Translations under genes and position numbers: made by a program
Shown here: one piece after another, positions 28,573-37,316 of the stretch
Numbering within the stretch: the stretch's first letter is position 1
Layout of the letters: the number at the start of each line of letters is the position of its first letter
Notes under the pieces: generated by a model
The model's database searches: none
Told to the model about the DNA's origin: nothing
What the model saw: the letters and a program-made list of their open reading frames with translations, nothing else
Assembly (NCBI GenBank): GCA_021813125.1
Contig: JAKALT010000001.1
Span: 64,023 to 128,022, forward strand
Direction of reading: 5' to 3'
From: a bacterium
Lineage (GTDB): Bacteria > Patescibacteriota > Microgenomatia > Curtissbacterales > GWA2-41-24
Length of the DNA: 64,000 bases

Positions 28573-29580
28573 ATGAAGACTGATACTGCTGAAAAAATTA
28601 TTGGATATATTGCAATCAACAAACAGGCTCGTGCGCATGATATTGGAAGAATATTTAATATTGGCCAGCCTGCTGTTCATAGACAGCTAAAAAAGCTTGT
28701 AGAACAAGGCACACTTCAAAAAGTAGGCAAACCCCCACTTGTTTTTTACATACTGGCTCCAAAAAACCAAACTGAAAATATTTTGGGTAAGGCATCTATT
28801 TTGGGCAGAAATACAGTTGATTACATAGATAAAAATTATTTGTACATTACTCCTCAGGGAGAATTGCTCTATGGGCTTGAAGGATTTAAGCAGTGGGCTA
28901 AATCTATAAAAGAAGAATCACGCCTTGTGCCTCTGTCGGAAGAATACGTAAAAATGCACACTCAGGCAGAAGTAAGCAGATCTTCCGAAGGATGGATTGA
29001 TGCAACGCATAAAATCAAAACTACTTTTTTTGAAAATGCTATAACAAAACTATTTTATGGTGATTTTTACAGTATTCCAAAATTTGGAAAAACAAAGTTG
29101 GGTAATTTAGTTTTGTATTCTAAACAATCTCAAAACAGAGAACTTATTGATAAAGCAGTGGAGGAAGTAAAACCAATTATTGATCAAATAATTGCAATGT
29201 ATAACATTGACACTATTGCCTTTGCCCCTCCAAGCTTACCTCGGAAACTGCAATTCATGCAGGAATTTGCTGATAGGCTTAATATAAATCTACCTAAAAT
29301 TCACTTGGTAAAGTTATACAAGGGAAATATTATTGTTGCTCAAAAATCACTCGCTGGCCTTGAAGAAAGAATAACGAATGCTAGGGATACAATTTATCTG
29401 AAGTCGCAGGTTCCCATAAACGCCCGAAATATCCTGTTAATTGATGACGCGGTAGGATCTGGAGCAACTTTAAATGAGATTGCAAAGAAGCTTCAAGCCA
29501 GCAATACTAATAAAAAAACAATTATCGGGTTTGCAATTGTTGGAAGTGTAAAAGGATTTGAAGTTATCAGAGAAATCTAA
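28573..29580 (+). CDS. ComF-family phosphoribosyltransferase-domain protein with N-terminal winged-helix DNA-binding domain
   Basis: N-terminal wHTH ('HDIGRIFNIGQPAVHRQLKKLVEQG'); C-terminal PRTase motif 'ILLIDDAVGSGATL' with ComF-like upstream blocks ('IDTIAFAPPS', 'RxxQF'). Confidence 0.55.
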   Translation: MKTDTAEKIIGYIAINKQARAHDIGRIFNIGQPAVHRQLKKLVEQGTLQKVGKPPLVFYILAPKNQTENILGKASILGRNTVDYIDKNYLYITPQGELLYGLEGFKQWAKSIKEESRLVPLSEEYVKMHTQAEVSRSSEGWIDATHKIKTTFFENAITKLFYGDFYSIPKFGKTKLGNLVLYSKQSQNRELIDKAVEEVKPIIDQIIAMYNIDTIAFAPPSLPRKLQFMQEFADRLNINLPKIHLVKLYKGNIIVAQKSLAGLEERITNARDTIYLKSQVPINARNILLIDDAVGSGATLNEIAKKLQASNTNKKTIIGFAIVGSVKGFEVIREI

Positions 29581-29677
29581 ACACTACAATATTTTAAAGA
29601 TATTCAATCCGTATTGTAATTTTTTATGGAAACCTTCTTTTAAGAAAAAGTCGGATAAATGAATTTTTTTAAAAAAA

Positions 29678-29848
29678 CTACTTGGCATTTATATCTTCCC
29701 TTTCTGGTAAGATTATGGAGTCAGAAGTCTTATCACAGATAAAGCCAAGTTTCCTGAGTTTTTCATAAGTGTTGAGGAGACTGGGTTCAATGAGGTTCCA
29801 CCTGCGGGCAACTGTGTCAGCAAGGTTAAATAGTATGTTTACTAAAAA
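29678..29848 (-). pseudogene. Start-less C-terminal remnant resembling a DDE transposase (IS4/IS5-like 'RWxIE...YEKL' region)
   Basis: Open frame '...FNLADTVARRWNLIEPSLLNTYEKLRKLGFICDK...' has no Met or RBS and is truncated against the next gene; similarity to IS transposase C-termini is from motif recall only. Confidence 0.3.
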
Positions 29849-30253
29849 ATGAACATATTGGAAACAATTATTATTACGGTATCAAGTGGTTTAATTGGTG
29901 GTTTTATTAGTTATTATTTCACTGAAAAAACTGAAAATTATAAATTTGAATTACTTAAAAAGGAACAGGCAGTAAAAGTCGCCGAATTGTTTGCGTTTTG
30001 GCTAACATGCGACGATGAGACTTTAGCAAAGTTTACTGAAAAAGAAAGAAAGGATCATTGCGAAAAATTAAACAGACTTACTTGGGAATTGGTAATTTGG
30101 ATTCCCGATGAAGATTTGGTAAAAGATATAATGGATAAACTTAGCCATAGCTCAAGAAAAGACATTAAAGAAATAATATTAAACATTAGGAAGCAGATTC
30201 AGAAGAAAAAGGACAGTAAATTAAAGTGGCAAGATTTAGTAAGTTTTAAATAA
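29849..30253 (+). CDS. Hypothetical protein with N-terminal TM helix
   Basis: 134-aa ORF; TM segment 'ILETIIITVSSGLIGGFISYYF'; Lys/Glu-rich soluble domain. Confidence 0.4.
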   Translation: MNILETIIITVSSGLIGGFISYYFTEKTENYKFELLKKEQAVKVAELFAFWLTCDDETLAKFTEKERKDHCEKLNRLTWELVIWIPDEDLVKDIMDKLSHSSRKDIKEIILNIRKQIQKKKDSKLKWQDLVSFK

Positions 30254-30323
30254 GGAGTACTACAAAGCCTAAATAGGTCTTGACCAACATGCTCAGCAAG
30301 CACGTGCATTTGAGCTAAACTTT

Positions 30324-30986
30324 ATGGACAGTATTGATTACTCCGAACTGAAAGAATTATTTGTAAAATATAAATACAAATTTTCAAATCAATTTTCTCT
30401 TTTGGAAAAAGATCTTTCCGATGAGCTTTTTAATAAGCTAGTCGATCTGGATGATATCAGTCAAGAAATTATAGAGATTGTAGATGAGCTACTCCCTAAA
30501 AATAGAATTGTTCCTGGAAAAAATGGGACAGATATTGTAAATATTGGACCATTCTCACTAACTCTTAAGAGGGCTGATCCGAATGTGCCAATCCAACTCG
30601 ATAATTCGACTGTGGGCTATTCGCGTACCAAAGGAAGTGCATTCTCTACTAAGGAATCAAGGAAAAAAGAGAGAAGGCTTGAAAGGTTATCTTTTGAATT
30701 CTACCGGACAGCAGACAGAATATCTCATATAACTGAAAAATTACCAGGTTTAAAATCATTTAAATGTAATAAGACTAGAATAATAAGAAACCACTTGCTT
30801 GAGCATCCTGAGAGCAAAGATAGTGGAATTACCTATGACTCCTTTGCATACAGTATAAGTGAGGGGCCGTATATTAAAGGTTCAAGGGTAGGAGAACATA
30901 CTCATTTTATGGATGACGGATTCAGAATCAATAGCTTGGATTTTATATCTAATTTAACGAAAACGATTCAAAAAACCCTGGTTTGA
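30324..30986 (+). CDS. Hypothetical protein
   Basis: 220-aa ORF, no recognisable motif. Confidence 0.4.
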   Translation: MDSIDYSELKELFVKYKYKFSNQFSLLEKDLSDELFNKLVDLDDISQEIIEIVDELLPKNRIVPGKNGTDIVNIGPFSLTLKRADPNVPIQLDNSTVGYSRTKGSAFSTKESRKKERRLERLSFEFYRTADRISHITEKLPGLKSFKCNKTRIIRNHLLEHPESKDSGITYDSFAYSISEGPYIKGSRVGEHTHFMDDGFRINSLDFISNLTKTIQKTLV

Positions 30987-31044
30987 CTAAAAGGGTGCAA
31001 CGGATCCATGCTGGTACGCTTAGCAAAGGTATAAACCTCCTAAT

Positions 31045-31626
31045 TTATACGTAACTCAACAAGTGAGCCAGCTTGTCCTTTTTAGTTCTTAAATAGCTCC
31101 TGTTGACTTCATTTGGAACAACTTCTATTCTCATTCTTTTTACAATTTCTATACCATTTTTAATCAGCTGGTTTTCTTTGTCTGGGTTGTTTGTTAACAA
31201 ATAAATTTTTGTTATTTGTAAATCGCGCAGTATTTCGGCAGCGACTTGATAATCTCGCGCATCAACGGGAAGCCCCAAAAGTTCGTTTGCTTCTATAGTG
31301 TCAAAGCCTTTTTCTTGCAAAGCATAAGCTTTAATTTTGTTAGTGAGGCCGATGCCTCTGCCTTCCTGGTTTAAATAAAGAATAACCCCGCTTCCATTTT
31401 TTTGAATTTCTTCCATACTTTGGGCCAATTGCTCTCCGCAATCGCACTTTAGGGAAGAAAATATGTCGCCGGTTACACAAGAAGAGTGAATTCTGGCAAG
31501 CATTGGATTCTGCACTTGGCCTCTGACAAGCGCAACATGCTCAAGTCCTTTTGAGGATTTATAAACACTCATTCGAAACACTCCGAATTTTGTTGGCAAA
31601 TTAGCACTTGCTGTTTTTCTTATCAT
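31045..31626 (-). CDS. ribA: GTP cyclohydrolase II
   Basis: 'RIHSSCVTGDIFSSLKCDCGEQL' zinc-binding motif; 'NQEGRGIGL'. Confidence 0.85.
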   Translation of the reverse strand: MIRKTASANLPTKFGVFRMSVYKSSKGLEHVALVRGQVQNPMLARIHSSCVTGDIFSSLKCDCGEQLAQSMEEIQKNGSGVILYLNQEGRGIGLTNKIKAYALQEKGFDTIEANELLGLPVDARDYQVAAEILRDLQITKIYLLTNNPDKENQLIKNGIEIVKRMRIEVVPNEVNRSYLRTKKDKLAHLLSYV

Positions 31627-31628
31627 AT

Positions 31629-32348
31629 TTATTTGTATTCTCCGTAGTCTTCCGATTTTATAAAAAGTGAATCTACACCCATTGATGCCAGAAGTTCTGA
31701 CATTGCACTGACCATGCCGGTCGGCCCCGCAAGATAAAACAAAGTCTCTCCAATTTTCGGCACGTACTTTTTCACTGCTTCCTCAGAAATGTAACCCAGT
31801 TCACCTTGCCATGTGCTCAATTTTTCCTGGGTTATAAACGGAATGAAATTAAAGTTTTCGTTCTCTTTTGCAAGCTGTCTTAAGTCCGCCAAAAATGCCG
31901 TTTGTGCAACAGTTCTATTTGAATAAAAAAGGAATATTTTCTGAGCACTTTTTTCGTAACTTGCCTGTCTGATCATGGACATAAACGGTGTTATCCCAAT
32001 TCCTCCGGCTAAAAAAACAAGAGGACGCCGCAAATCTTGGGGAAGAACCATTGAACCTCTGGGATTTTTGATATCGATTTCCAAACCCAAACCTGCACCT
32101 TTTAAATTTCGCTTGAACGCACTGTCCCGCATACGTGATGCAAATCCAACCTCATTACCCGAAGGAATAGTTATAAAAGAAAACGTTCTGCTATCTCCTT
32201 CTGCATCCGTTTCCTTTGGCTTAGCAATTTGAAAAGTCGCATGCTGGCCGGCGACGAAGCTAAAATCTTTGGGTTTTTCCAAATAAAACGCCATGGTCCC
32301 TTCTGCAATTTGCTTTTTTCTAACAAGCTTAGATTTAAAATCAGACAT
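31629..32348 (-). CDS. FAD/NAD(P)-binding oxidoreductase (ferredoxin-NADP reductase-like)
   Basis: 'RTFSF' FAD-binding RxYS-like motif; 'LAGGIGITPFMSM' NAD(P) motif. Confidence 0.65.
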   Translation of the reverse strand: MSDFKSKLVRKKQIAEGTMAFYLEKPKDFSFVAGQHATFQIAKPKETDAEGDSRTFSFITIPSGNEVGFASRMRDSAFKRNLKGAGLGLEIDIKNPRGSMVLPQDLRRPLVFLAGGIGITPFMSMIRQASYEKSAQKIFLFYSNRTVAQTAFLADLRQLAKENENFNFIPFITQEKLSTWQGELGYISEEAVKKYVPKIGETLFYLAGPTGMVSAMSELLASMGVDSLFIKSEDYGEYK

Positions 32349-32350
32349 AG

Positions 32351-32683
32351 CTATCTCCTTTGTTCTTTTAAAATTGTTTTTACAATAGACATTACAATTG
32401 GATCGTCTTTTTTAATTCTGTAATAAACCGTTTGGGCGATTTTTTCTCTGCTGACTAAACCGGATTGCTCTAGAATTTTCAGCTGCTGGGAAATTGCGGG
32501 AAGAGTCATACTCATAATATGAGCAATATCGGATACTTTTACGTCTCCACGGGTTACCATCAAAAGCCGAAAAATTCGGCACCTCGTCGGATCGCTCACG
32601 GCGTTAAAAAGGATAGGCAACCTGTCTTGGCCTGTTACAATAGTTTTTTTAATTATTCTTATTTGTTGGTTTGTTAAAGGCAT
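32351..32683 (-). CDS. ArsR/SmtB family transcriptional regulator
   Basis: 'CRIFRLL...VSDIAHIMSMTLPAISQQLKILEQSGLV' ArsR HTH. Confidence 0.8.
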   Translation of the reverse strand: MPLTNQQIRIIKKTIVTGQDRLPILFNAVSDPTRCRIFRLLMVTRGDVKVSDIAHIMSMTLPAISQQLKILEQSGLVSREKIAQTVYYRIKKDDPIVMSIVKTILKEQRR

Positions 32684-32741
32684 AATTTAAATGTTAATTA
32701 GTTAAGCAACTACTGAATTATAGAAGACAGAAGTTATTATG

Positions 32742-32765
32742 TCAACAGTTAATGCGTACTGTTGA
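32742..32765. promoter_or_regulatory. 8-bp perfect inverted repeat (TCAACAGT-N8-ACTGTTGA), candidate ArsR-family operator in the divergent intergenic region
   Basis: Palindrome between the arsR start (32683, -) and the small ORF (32798, +). Confidence 0.35.
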
Positions 32766-32797
32766 AACAGTTTGCATTTAGTGCTATATACTAAATT

Positions 32798-32989
32798 ATG
32801 GCAAAAGAATGGAAAGGGGCAGGCGGTAGTGCAGGCGGCGGAGCCGTTTATGGTTTAGGATTAATCGGCGCAATTATTTACTACCTCCAGCACGCCACAA
32901 CTTTTTCTCAAGGCTTACTCGGAATCGTAAAAGCCATTTTCTGGCCGGCTTTTTTTGTTTACAAAATCTTCGAATTCTTAAAACTCTAA
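32798..32989 (+). CDS. Small hypothetical membrane protein
   Basis: 63-aa ORF; Gly-rich N-terminus and one TM helix. Confidence 0.35.
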   Translation: MAKEWKGAGGSAGGGAVYGLGLIGAIIYYLQHATTFSQGLLGIVKAIFWPAFFVYKIFEFLKL

Positions 32990-33040
32990 GATTTTCAAAA
33001 AACTTGACCGTAAGTGCTAAAAGTGGGATTATAACTTCCA

Positions 33041-33637
33041 ATGGACGAGCAAATCCAACCACCACAATCTCAATCGCTACCTCAGCCACAACCTCAGCCG
33101 GAGCCTCAACCTCAACCCCAAAATCAATTACCGCCAAAAGGGGGTAACCGTAAAATTGTAGTTGCCGCAATTTTAATTATCCTAATTGCAGCAGGTGCCA
33201 TTATCTATTATTTTGTTTTCAGCAAAAAACTCCAAAAAGCACCTAAACAAGAATTAAACCAAACAACTCAGCAGAACGGTTCCGAATCCGCAAGGATCCA
33301 TGGTCCGGAAATCACAAATTTAGTCATGACCAAAATTGACTCCCAAAAAGGCGCCTATTTAATAGACAAAAAGGGTATGACATTATACGTTTTCGACAAA
33401 GACCAGCTTGGTAAAAGCACCTGCAGTGATACTTGCCTTACCAATTGGCCAATTTTCGAATCTCCTAAACCTGCGCCCGAAAATCTAGAAGGAGAAATCG
33501 GCATCACCAAAGCCACAAACGGAAAATATATGTACACTTACAAAGGAAAGCCGCTTTATTATTACGCCCAGGACAAACTATCCGGAGACACAAAAGGCGA
33601 TGGTGTCAGCGGCGTCTGGCACCTGGCCAAACCGTAA
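33041..33637 (+). CDS. Membrane-anchored secreted-repeat protein (Lipoprotein_15/COG4315-like) with N-terminal PQ-repeat
   Basis: '(PQ)n' low-complexity N-terminus, TM helix, C-terminal 'LYVF..D...S.C...C...WP' and 'LYYY..D' repeat units. Confidence 0.5.
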   Translation: MDEQIQPPQSQSLPQPQPQPEPQPQPQNQLPPKGGNRKIVVAAILIILIAAGAIIYYFVFSKKLQKAPKQELNQTTQQNGSESARIHGPEITNLVMTKIDSQKGAYLIDKKGMTLYVFDKDQLGKSTCSDTCLTNWPIFESPKPAPENLEGEIGITKATNGKYMYTYKGKPLYYYAQDKLSGDTKGDGVSGVWHLAKP

Positions 33638-33679
33638 AGGATAATCTAACATTTCCAAAATCGACAATAGGCGAAACGA

Positions 33680-33731
33680 CAAAGGCCAGGCCTTGGCCTA
33701 GGCCGACACTCAGAAAAAGGCCTGACCTTAA
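33680..33731. repeat. Palindromic hairpin repeat copy (AAAGGCCAGGCCTT-N21-AAAGGCCTGACCTTA) at the 3' end of the 33041 gene
   Basis: Same arm consensus as 10887 and 49216; loop contains GGCCTAGGCC. Confidence 0.6.
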
Positions 33732-33779
33732 CCCAAACGCCTTGACAAAAGATTTCGCCCTCTCTAAACTTTCCAGGCT

Positions 33780-34196
33780 ATGCAAAACAGGAAAAAATCA
33801 ATTGCAATTGTCGCAACAAGCTTTCACAAAAAGCATATAGACGTGATGCTGGCGGCAGCCAAAAAAGTTGCAGCGCAAAAAAATCTCAAAATCAAAAAGG
33901 AAGTTTGGGTTCCAGGGTCACTCGAAACCCCACTTACCCTTCAAAAAATCCTCAAATTAAAAGAAGTAGACGGCGCAGTAGTCTTAGGCCTTATTGAGCG
34001 TGGTCAGACAAAACACGGCCTTGTTATGGGTATGGCGGTAATCTCTGCCATAATCGATATCCAAATCAAACTGGAAAAACCAATCGGTGTAGGTATTCTC
34101 GGACCGGAAATCCTGCCAACCCAAATAAAACCTCGTCTAAGACGCTATGCCGAGGATGCTGTCATAGCAGTTTGGGAAATGCTAAACCTCAAGTAA
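33780..34196 (+). CDS. ribH: 6,7-dimethyl-8-ribityllumazine synthase
   Basis: 'IAIVATSFHKKHIDVMLAAAKKV' and 'DGAVVLGLIERGQTKHGLV' lumazine synthase signatures. Confidence 0.85.
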   Translation: MQNRKKSIAIVATSFHKKHIDVMLAAAKKVAAQKNLKIKKEVWVPGSLETPLTLQKILKLKEVDGAVVLGLIERGQTKHGLVMGMAVISAIIDIQIKLEKPIGVGILGPEILPTQIKPRLRRYAEDAVIAVWEMLNLK

Positions 34197-34199
34197 TTT

Positions 34200-34565
34200 A
34201 TGCACCAGAAAATTCTCAGGGGAAAAGTCATAAAAGGTAAAAACAGAGGAACAGATCTTGGATTTCCGACGGCAAATATCAACCTCCATCGAAGAATCTC
34301 TGAAGGCATTTACATCTCAAGTTCTAAGGTCGGATCAAAAAGCTATCCGTCACTTACCTTTATCGGCACTGCCAAAACTTTCGGGGAAAAAGAAGTCCGC
34401 GCCGAAACTTATTTTTTGTCTAAAGTCGGCAATATTTATGGTAAGTGGCTAAGCGTAAAACTTATTAAAAAAATCAGGAATAACCAAAAATTCAATTCGG
34501 AAAAAGATTTAGTTGTGCAAATGGAAAAAGACAAAATTGAAGCGCAAAAATATTTTAAAATATAG
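34200..34565 (+). CDS. Riboflavin kinase (stand-alone flavokinase domain)
   Basis: 'GKVIKGKNRGTDLGFPTANINL' flavokinase signature; 121 aa. Confidence 0.75.
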   Translation: MHQKILRGKVIKGKNRGTDLGFPTANINLHRRISEGIYISSSKVGSKSYPSLTFIGTAKTFGEKEVRAETYFLSKVGNIYGKWLSVKLIKKIRNNQKFNSEKDLVVQMEKDKIEAQKYFKI

Positions 34566-34567
34566 CT

Positions 34568-35152
34568 ATGTTTAGCGGAATAGTCGAACAAACAGCAAAA
34601 GCAGACAACATCAAAAAAGAAAAAGGCGGTCTCAGGCTTTTTTTTAAAAGCTCCAAAAGTTTTAAAGTTAAAGTTGGGGAGAGCGTTTCTGCAGACGGTG
34701 TCTGCTCAACCGTCGAAAAAGCAAGCGGAGCCACTCTCAGCTTTTTTTACATGCCCGAAACGCTAAAAAAGACAACATTTTCCAATCTGCCAAATTCCCA
34801 TCAGTTCAACCTCGAAAGACCCTTAAAACTCCAAGACCTTGTCAGCGGACATTTAGTCAGTGGCCACATTGACACAACTGCCCAAGTATCCTCTGTTAAA
34901 AAAGGAAAAGATTCAACTATTCTAAAGTTCAAAATTGCACCAAAATTTACCAAATACATAATCTACAAAGGTTCAATTGCCGTAAACGGAGTAAGTTTAA
35001 CGGTAGTGTCCGTAAATAAAAATCAGTTTTCCGTATCTCTCATTCCATACACTCTTTCACACACAAATCTCGGTCAGCTGAAAGTGGGAAATAGGGTCAA
35101 TATCGAAATTGATCAAGTTGCCAAGTACCTCGAAAAGCTAATCAATAAATAA
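34568..35152 (+). CDS. ribE: Riboflavin synthase alpha subunit
   Basis: 'MFSGIVE' start and duplicated 'GESVSADGVCSTV' / 'GSIAVNGVSLTV' lumazine-binding repeats. Confidence 0.85.
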   Translation: MFSGIVEQTAKADNIKKEKGGLRLFFKSSKSFKVKVGESVSADGVCSTVEKASGATLSFFYMPETLKKTTFSNLPNSHQFNLERPLKLQDLVSGHLVSGHIDTTAQVSSVKKGKDSTILKFKIAPKFTKYIIYKGSIAVNGVSLTVVSVNKNQFSVSLIPYTLSHTNLGQLKVGNRVNIEIDQVAKYLEKLINK

Positions 35153-35204
35153 AAGCAGACCCAATTTTCATTTGCTATAATGTATAGCTTCAAGGAAGTA
35201 TTAT

Positions 35205-35987
35205 ATGCCCGAACGACTTCAAACAACTGCCGAGTCCCCCAACCCAAAAGGTATAGAATTCTTTGGTTTTAATCCAAGACAGAAATCTTTAGTCAGGGAG
35301 GGTGTGGAAGATATTGGAATGCCGACCGACAATATCAGAAGCTTCACTTCAAAAAAACCAAAAAAAGGAGAGGAGAACATAAGGGGAGTTTATGACCCCG
35401 AGGCCCAGGACGTCGGATTATTTGAACCACCCGAAGGTGAACCCCCTATAGCCCAGCAAAAAACTCTTGTTCATGAAATTTCTCATAGCAACAGCCCATT
35501 TAACCCTAGAAACGAGGGTATCTATGGAGGCCAGCGGGAACAGGCAGAAGCCAGGATGCATGTGATCTCAATAGCAAAACAATCAATCACAACCAGAAAA
35601 TATTTAAATGGATACCAAGCGTACTTGCATCAGCTACTAGAAAGAAAAGAAATAGATTTCGTCCGCTTCGTTGAGGAGACCCATGCGATTATGGTCGAGC
35701 TAAGATTTACAAATCCAAACCATTTAATGGAGATAGAAAAAGCTCAATTTGACGAAATTAGGAGAATAAATGGCAGAAAGCCAAATGCAGGAATTCGCCC
35801 GGTTGCCATTTTAACAAGTGACATTGACGCCAAGAAGGGCAATCTTGTGGGCGTCGACAGGACCATATCAAGGCTCATTCCTAAGTTAAAAACAAGAAAG
35901 GATATTGACAATCATGTTGCAAGTGTAAGGCAGAAATTCCTAGAACGAGGGCCAATTTTTTCAAATCAGTTAAGGAAAGCAGCTTAA
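35205..35987 (+). CDS. Hypothetical protein with HExxH motif (possible metallopeptidase-like)
   Basis: 'LVHEISHSNSPF' HExxH; no other recognisable features. Confidence 0.4.
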   Translation: MPERLQTTAESPNPKGIEFFGFNPRQKSLVREGVEDIGMPTDNIRSFTSKKPKKGEENIRGVYDPEAQDVGLFEPPEGEPPIAQQKTLVHEISHSNSPFNPRNEGIYGGQREQAEARMHVISIAKQSITTRKYLNGYQAYLHQLLERKEIDFVRFVEETHAIMVELRFTNPNHLMEIEKAQFDEIRRINGRKPNAGIRPVAILTSDIDAKKGNLVGVDRTISRLIPKLKTRKDIDNHVASVRQKFLERGPIFSNQLRKAA

Positions 35988-36527
35988 ATGGAACGTGAAC
36001 CCCAGCCGCAGCCACCGATTGTAAGGTACACCGAAGCTGCCAAAGAGTATGCGGCTAAAGAGGCCGAAAATAGTCCTCAATTTAAAATGGCGGTTGCAGA
36101 AATTGGCAGGAATCTTGGTTCGGACCAAAATCCCAAGGCTAAAGAAGCCGCCGAAAACTTAATCAAACAGGGGATCGGCATGATTACGCATAAAATCAGC
36201 ATGCTGCCAGCATTCGCTAATCCCGAAAACCGCGCCCAAATAATGGAAAAGCTTAAAAAAGACAAAGTTGAAGGTGCCTGGATAGACATTTTAAACAACT
36301 GGGATATCAACAGGGATCGTTATGGGGTCAATGTCCTCCAAAGATGTAAAGATGCCGATCTCGAAGAACTTATGGCAAAAGCACGAAGCGAAAAAGACCC
36401 AAACAAGAAAAAACAAATCGAAATCCAGGCAAAAGCGATAGAAAAAGGACAAGATCTGATAATCAACTTCTATATTGCCCGGACAAACGAAGAACCGTCT
36501 CAAAGGCCGCTCTTAATGGCTGCCTAA
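35988..36527 (+). CDS. Hypothetical protein (translationally abutting the upstream HExxH protein)
   Basis: 179-aa ORF; start immediately follows the upstream stop. Confidence 0.4.
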   Translation: MEREPQPQPPIVRYTEAAKEYAAKEAENSPQFKMAVAEIGRNLGSDQNPKAKEAAENLIKQGIGMITHKISMLPAFANPENRAQIMEKLKKDKVEGAWIDILNNWDINRDRYGVNVLQRCKDADLEELMAKARSEKDPNKKKQIEIQAKAIEKGQDLIINFYIARTNEEPSQRPLLMAA

Positions 36528-37249
36528 ATTAAGCGCGTAATTCCAAAAATAAAAAGTATTCCCGCTAAAGTGAGCCCAATCATCCTATAAGAACTGTGTT
36601 TGCTGTGTGCTTCCGGCAACATATCGCTTGCACCGATATAAAGTAGGAAACCGGCAAAAAACCCAAGATAAAGTACAAGCGTTTTTTCGGAGATTGTAAA
36701 AAGTAAAGTTGAAAGCGCGCCGGCAATTGGAGCCACAGCGTCTAAAACCAGAAACTTCAGTGCTTTTTCCCTTGTATTCTTATGTGTAAGCATCAAAGTA
36801 ACCGTATTTAAACCGTCCGAAAAATCATGTGAAATTACCGCTATTGCAATTAGAAACCCTACCTGTTGGCTCACATGAAACCCAAGGCCGATCCCGACTC
36901 CGTCTAAAAAGCTATGGACAGCCAGTCCGCTCGCTCCCACAAGTCCGACGGTCGGATGCTTATGGATTGCGTATTCTTCTTCATGTCCGTGATGGATTAG
37001 AATTGTTTTTTCAAGTACATGGAATGCAATAAACCCACCCACTATCGCTATTGTAAATGGCGTGATGCTTAAATTATTTTCGGAAATAATTTTGAATGCT
37101 TCCGGCAAAATGTCAAAAAAACAAACTGCAAGAAGGACTCCTGCCGTAAAACTCATCACATAATGAAGTCTGTGGTGGTTTTTTAGTGCAAAAATCCCGC
37201 CAAAAGCCGTTGAAACAAAAGTCAAAAATGAAAATAGAATAGCTTCCAC
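36524..37249 (-). CDS. zupT: ZIP-family zinc/metal transporter
   Basis: His-rich loop 'HHGHEEEYAIHKHP'; 'HDFSDGL' and 'HSFLDGVGIGL' ZIP motifs; 8 TM. Confidence 0.8.
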   Translation of the reverse strand: MEAILFSFLTFVSTAFGGIFALKNHHRLHYVMSFTAGVLLAVCFFDILPEAFKIISENNLSITPFTIAIVGGFIAFHVLEKTILIHHGHEEEYAIHKHPTVGLVGASGLAVHSFLDGVGIGLGFHVSQQVGFLIAIAVISHDFSDGLNTVTLMLTHKNTREKALKFLVLDAVAPIAGALSTLLFTISEKTLVLYLGFFAGFLLYIGASDMLPEAHSKHSSYRMIGLTLAGILFIFGITRLI

Positions 37250-37316
37250 TTCACGCTCATTCTTGCAAATACAAACTTTTGTGTCAAATAATACGCGGCT
37301 TTGATAGAATGAGAAA

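Noticed and set aside
31050-31085. Terminator-like hairpin ACAAG-N8-CTTGT followed by CCTTTTT near the ribA 3' end
   Set aside because: It lies inside the ribA coding region on the opposite strand and the stem is weak (5 bp).
33732-33779. Possible FMN riboswitch upstream of ribH
   Set aside because: Only about 30 nt separate the predicted promoter (TTGACA-N17-TAAACT) from the ATG, too short for an RFN element.
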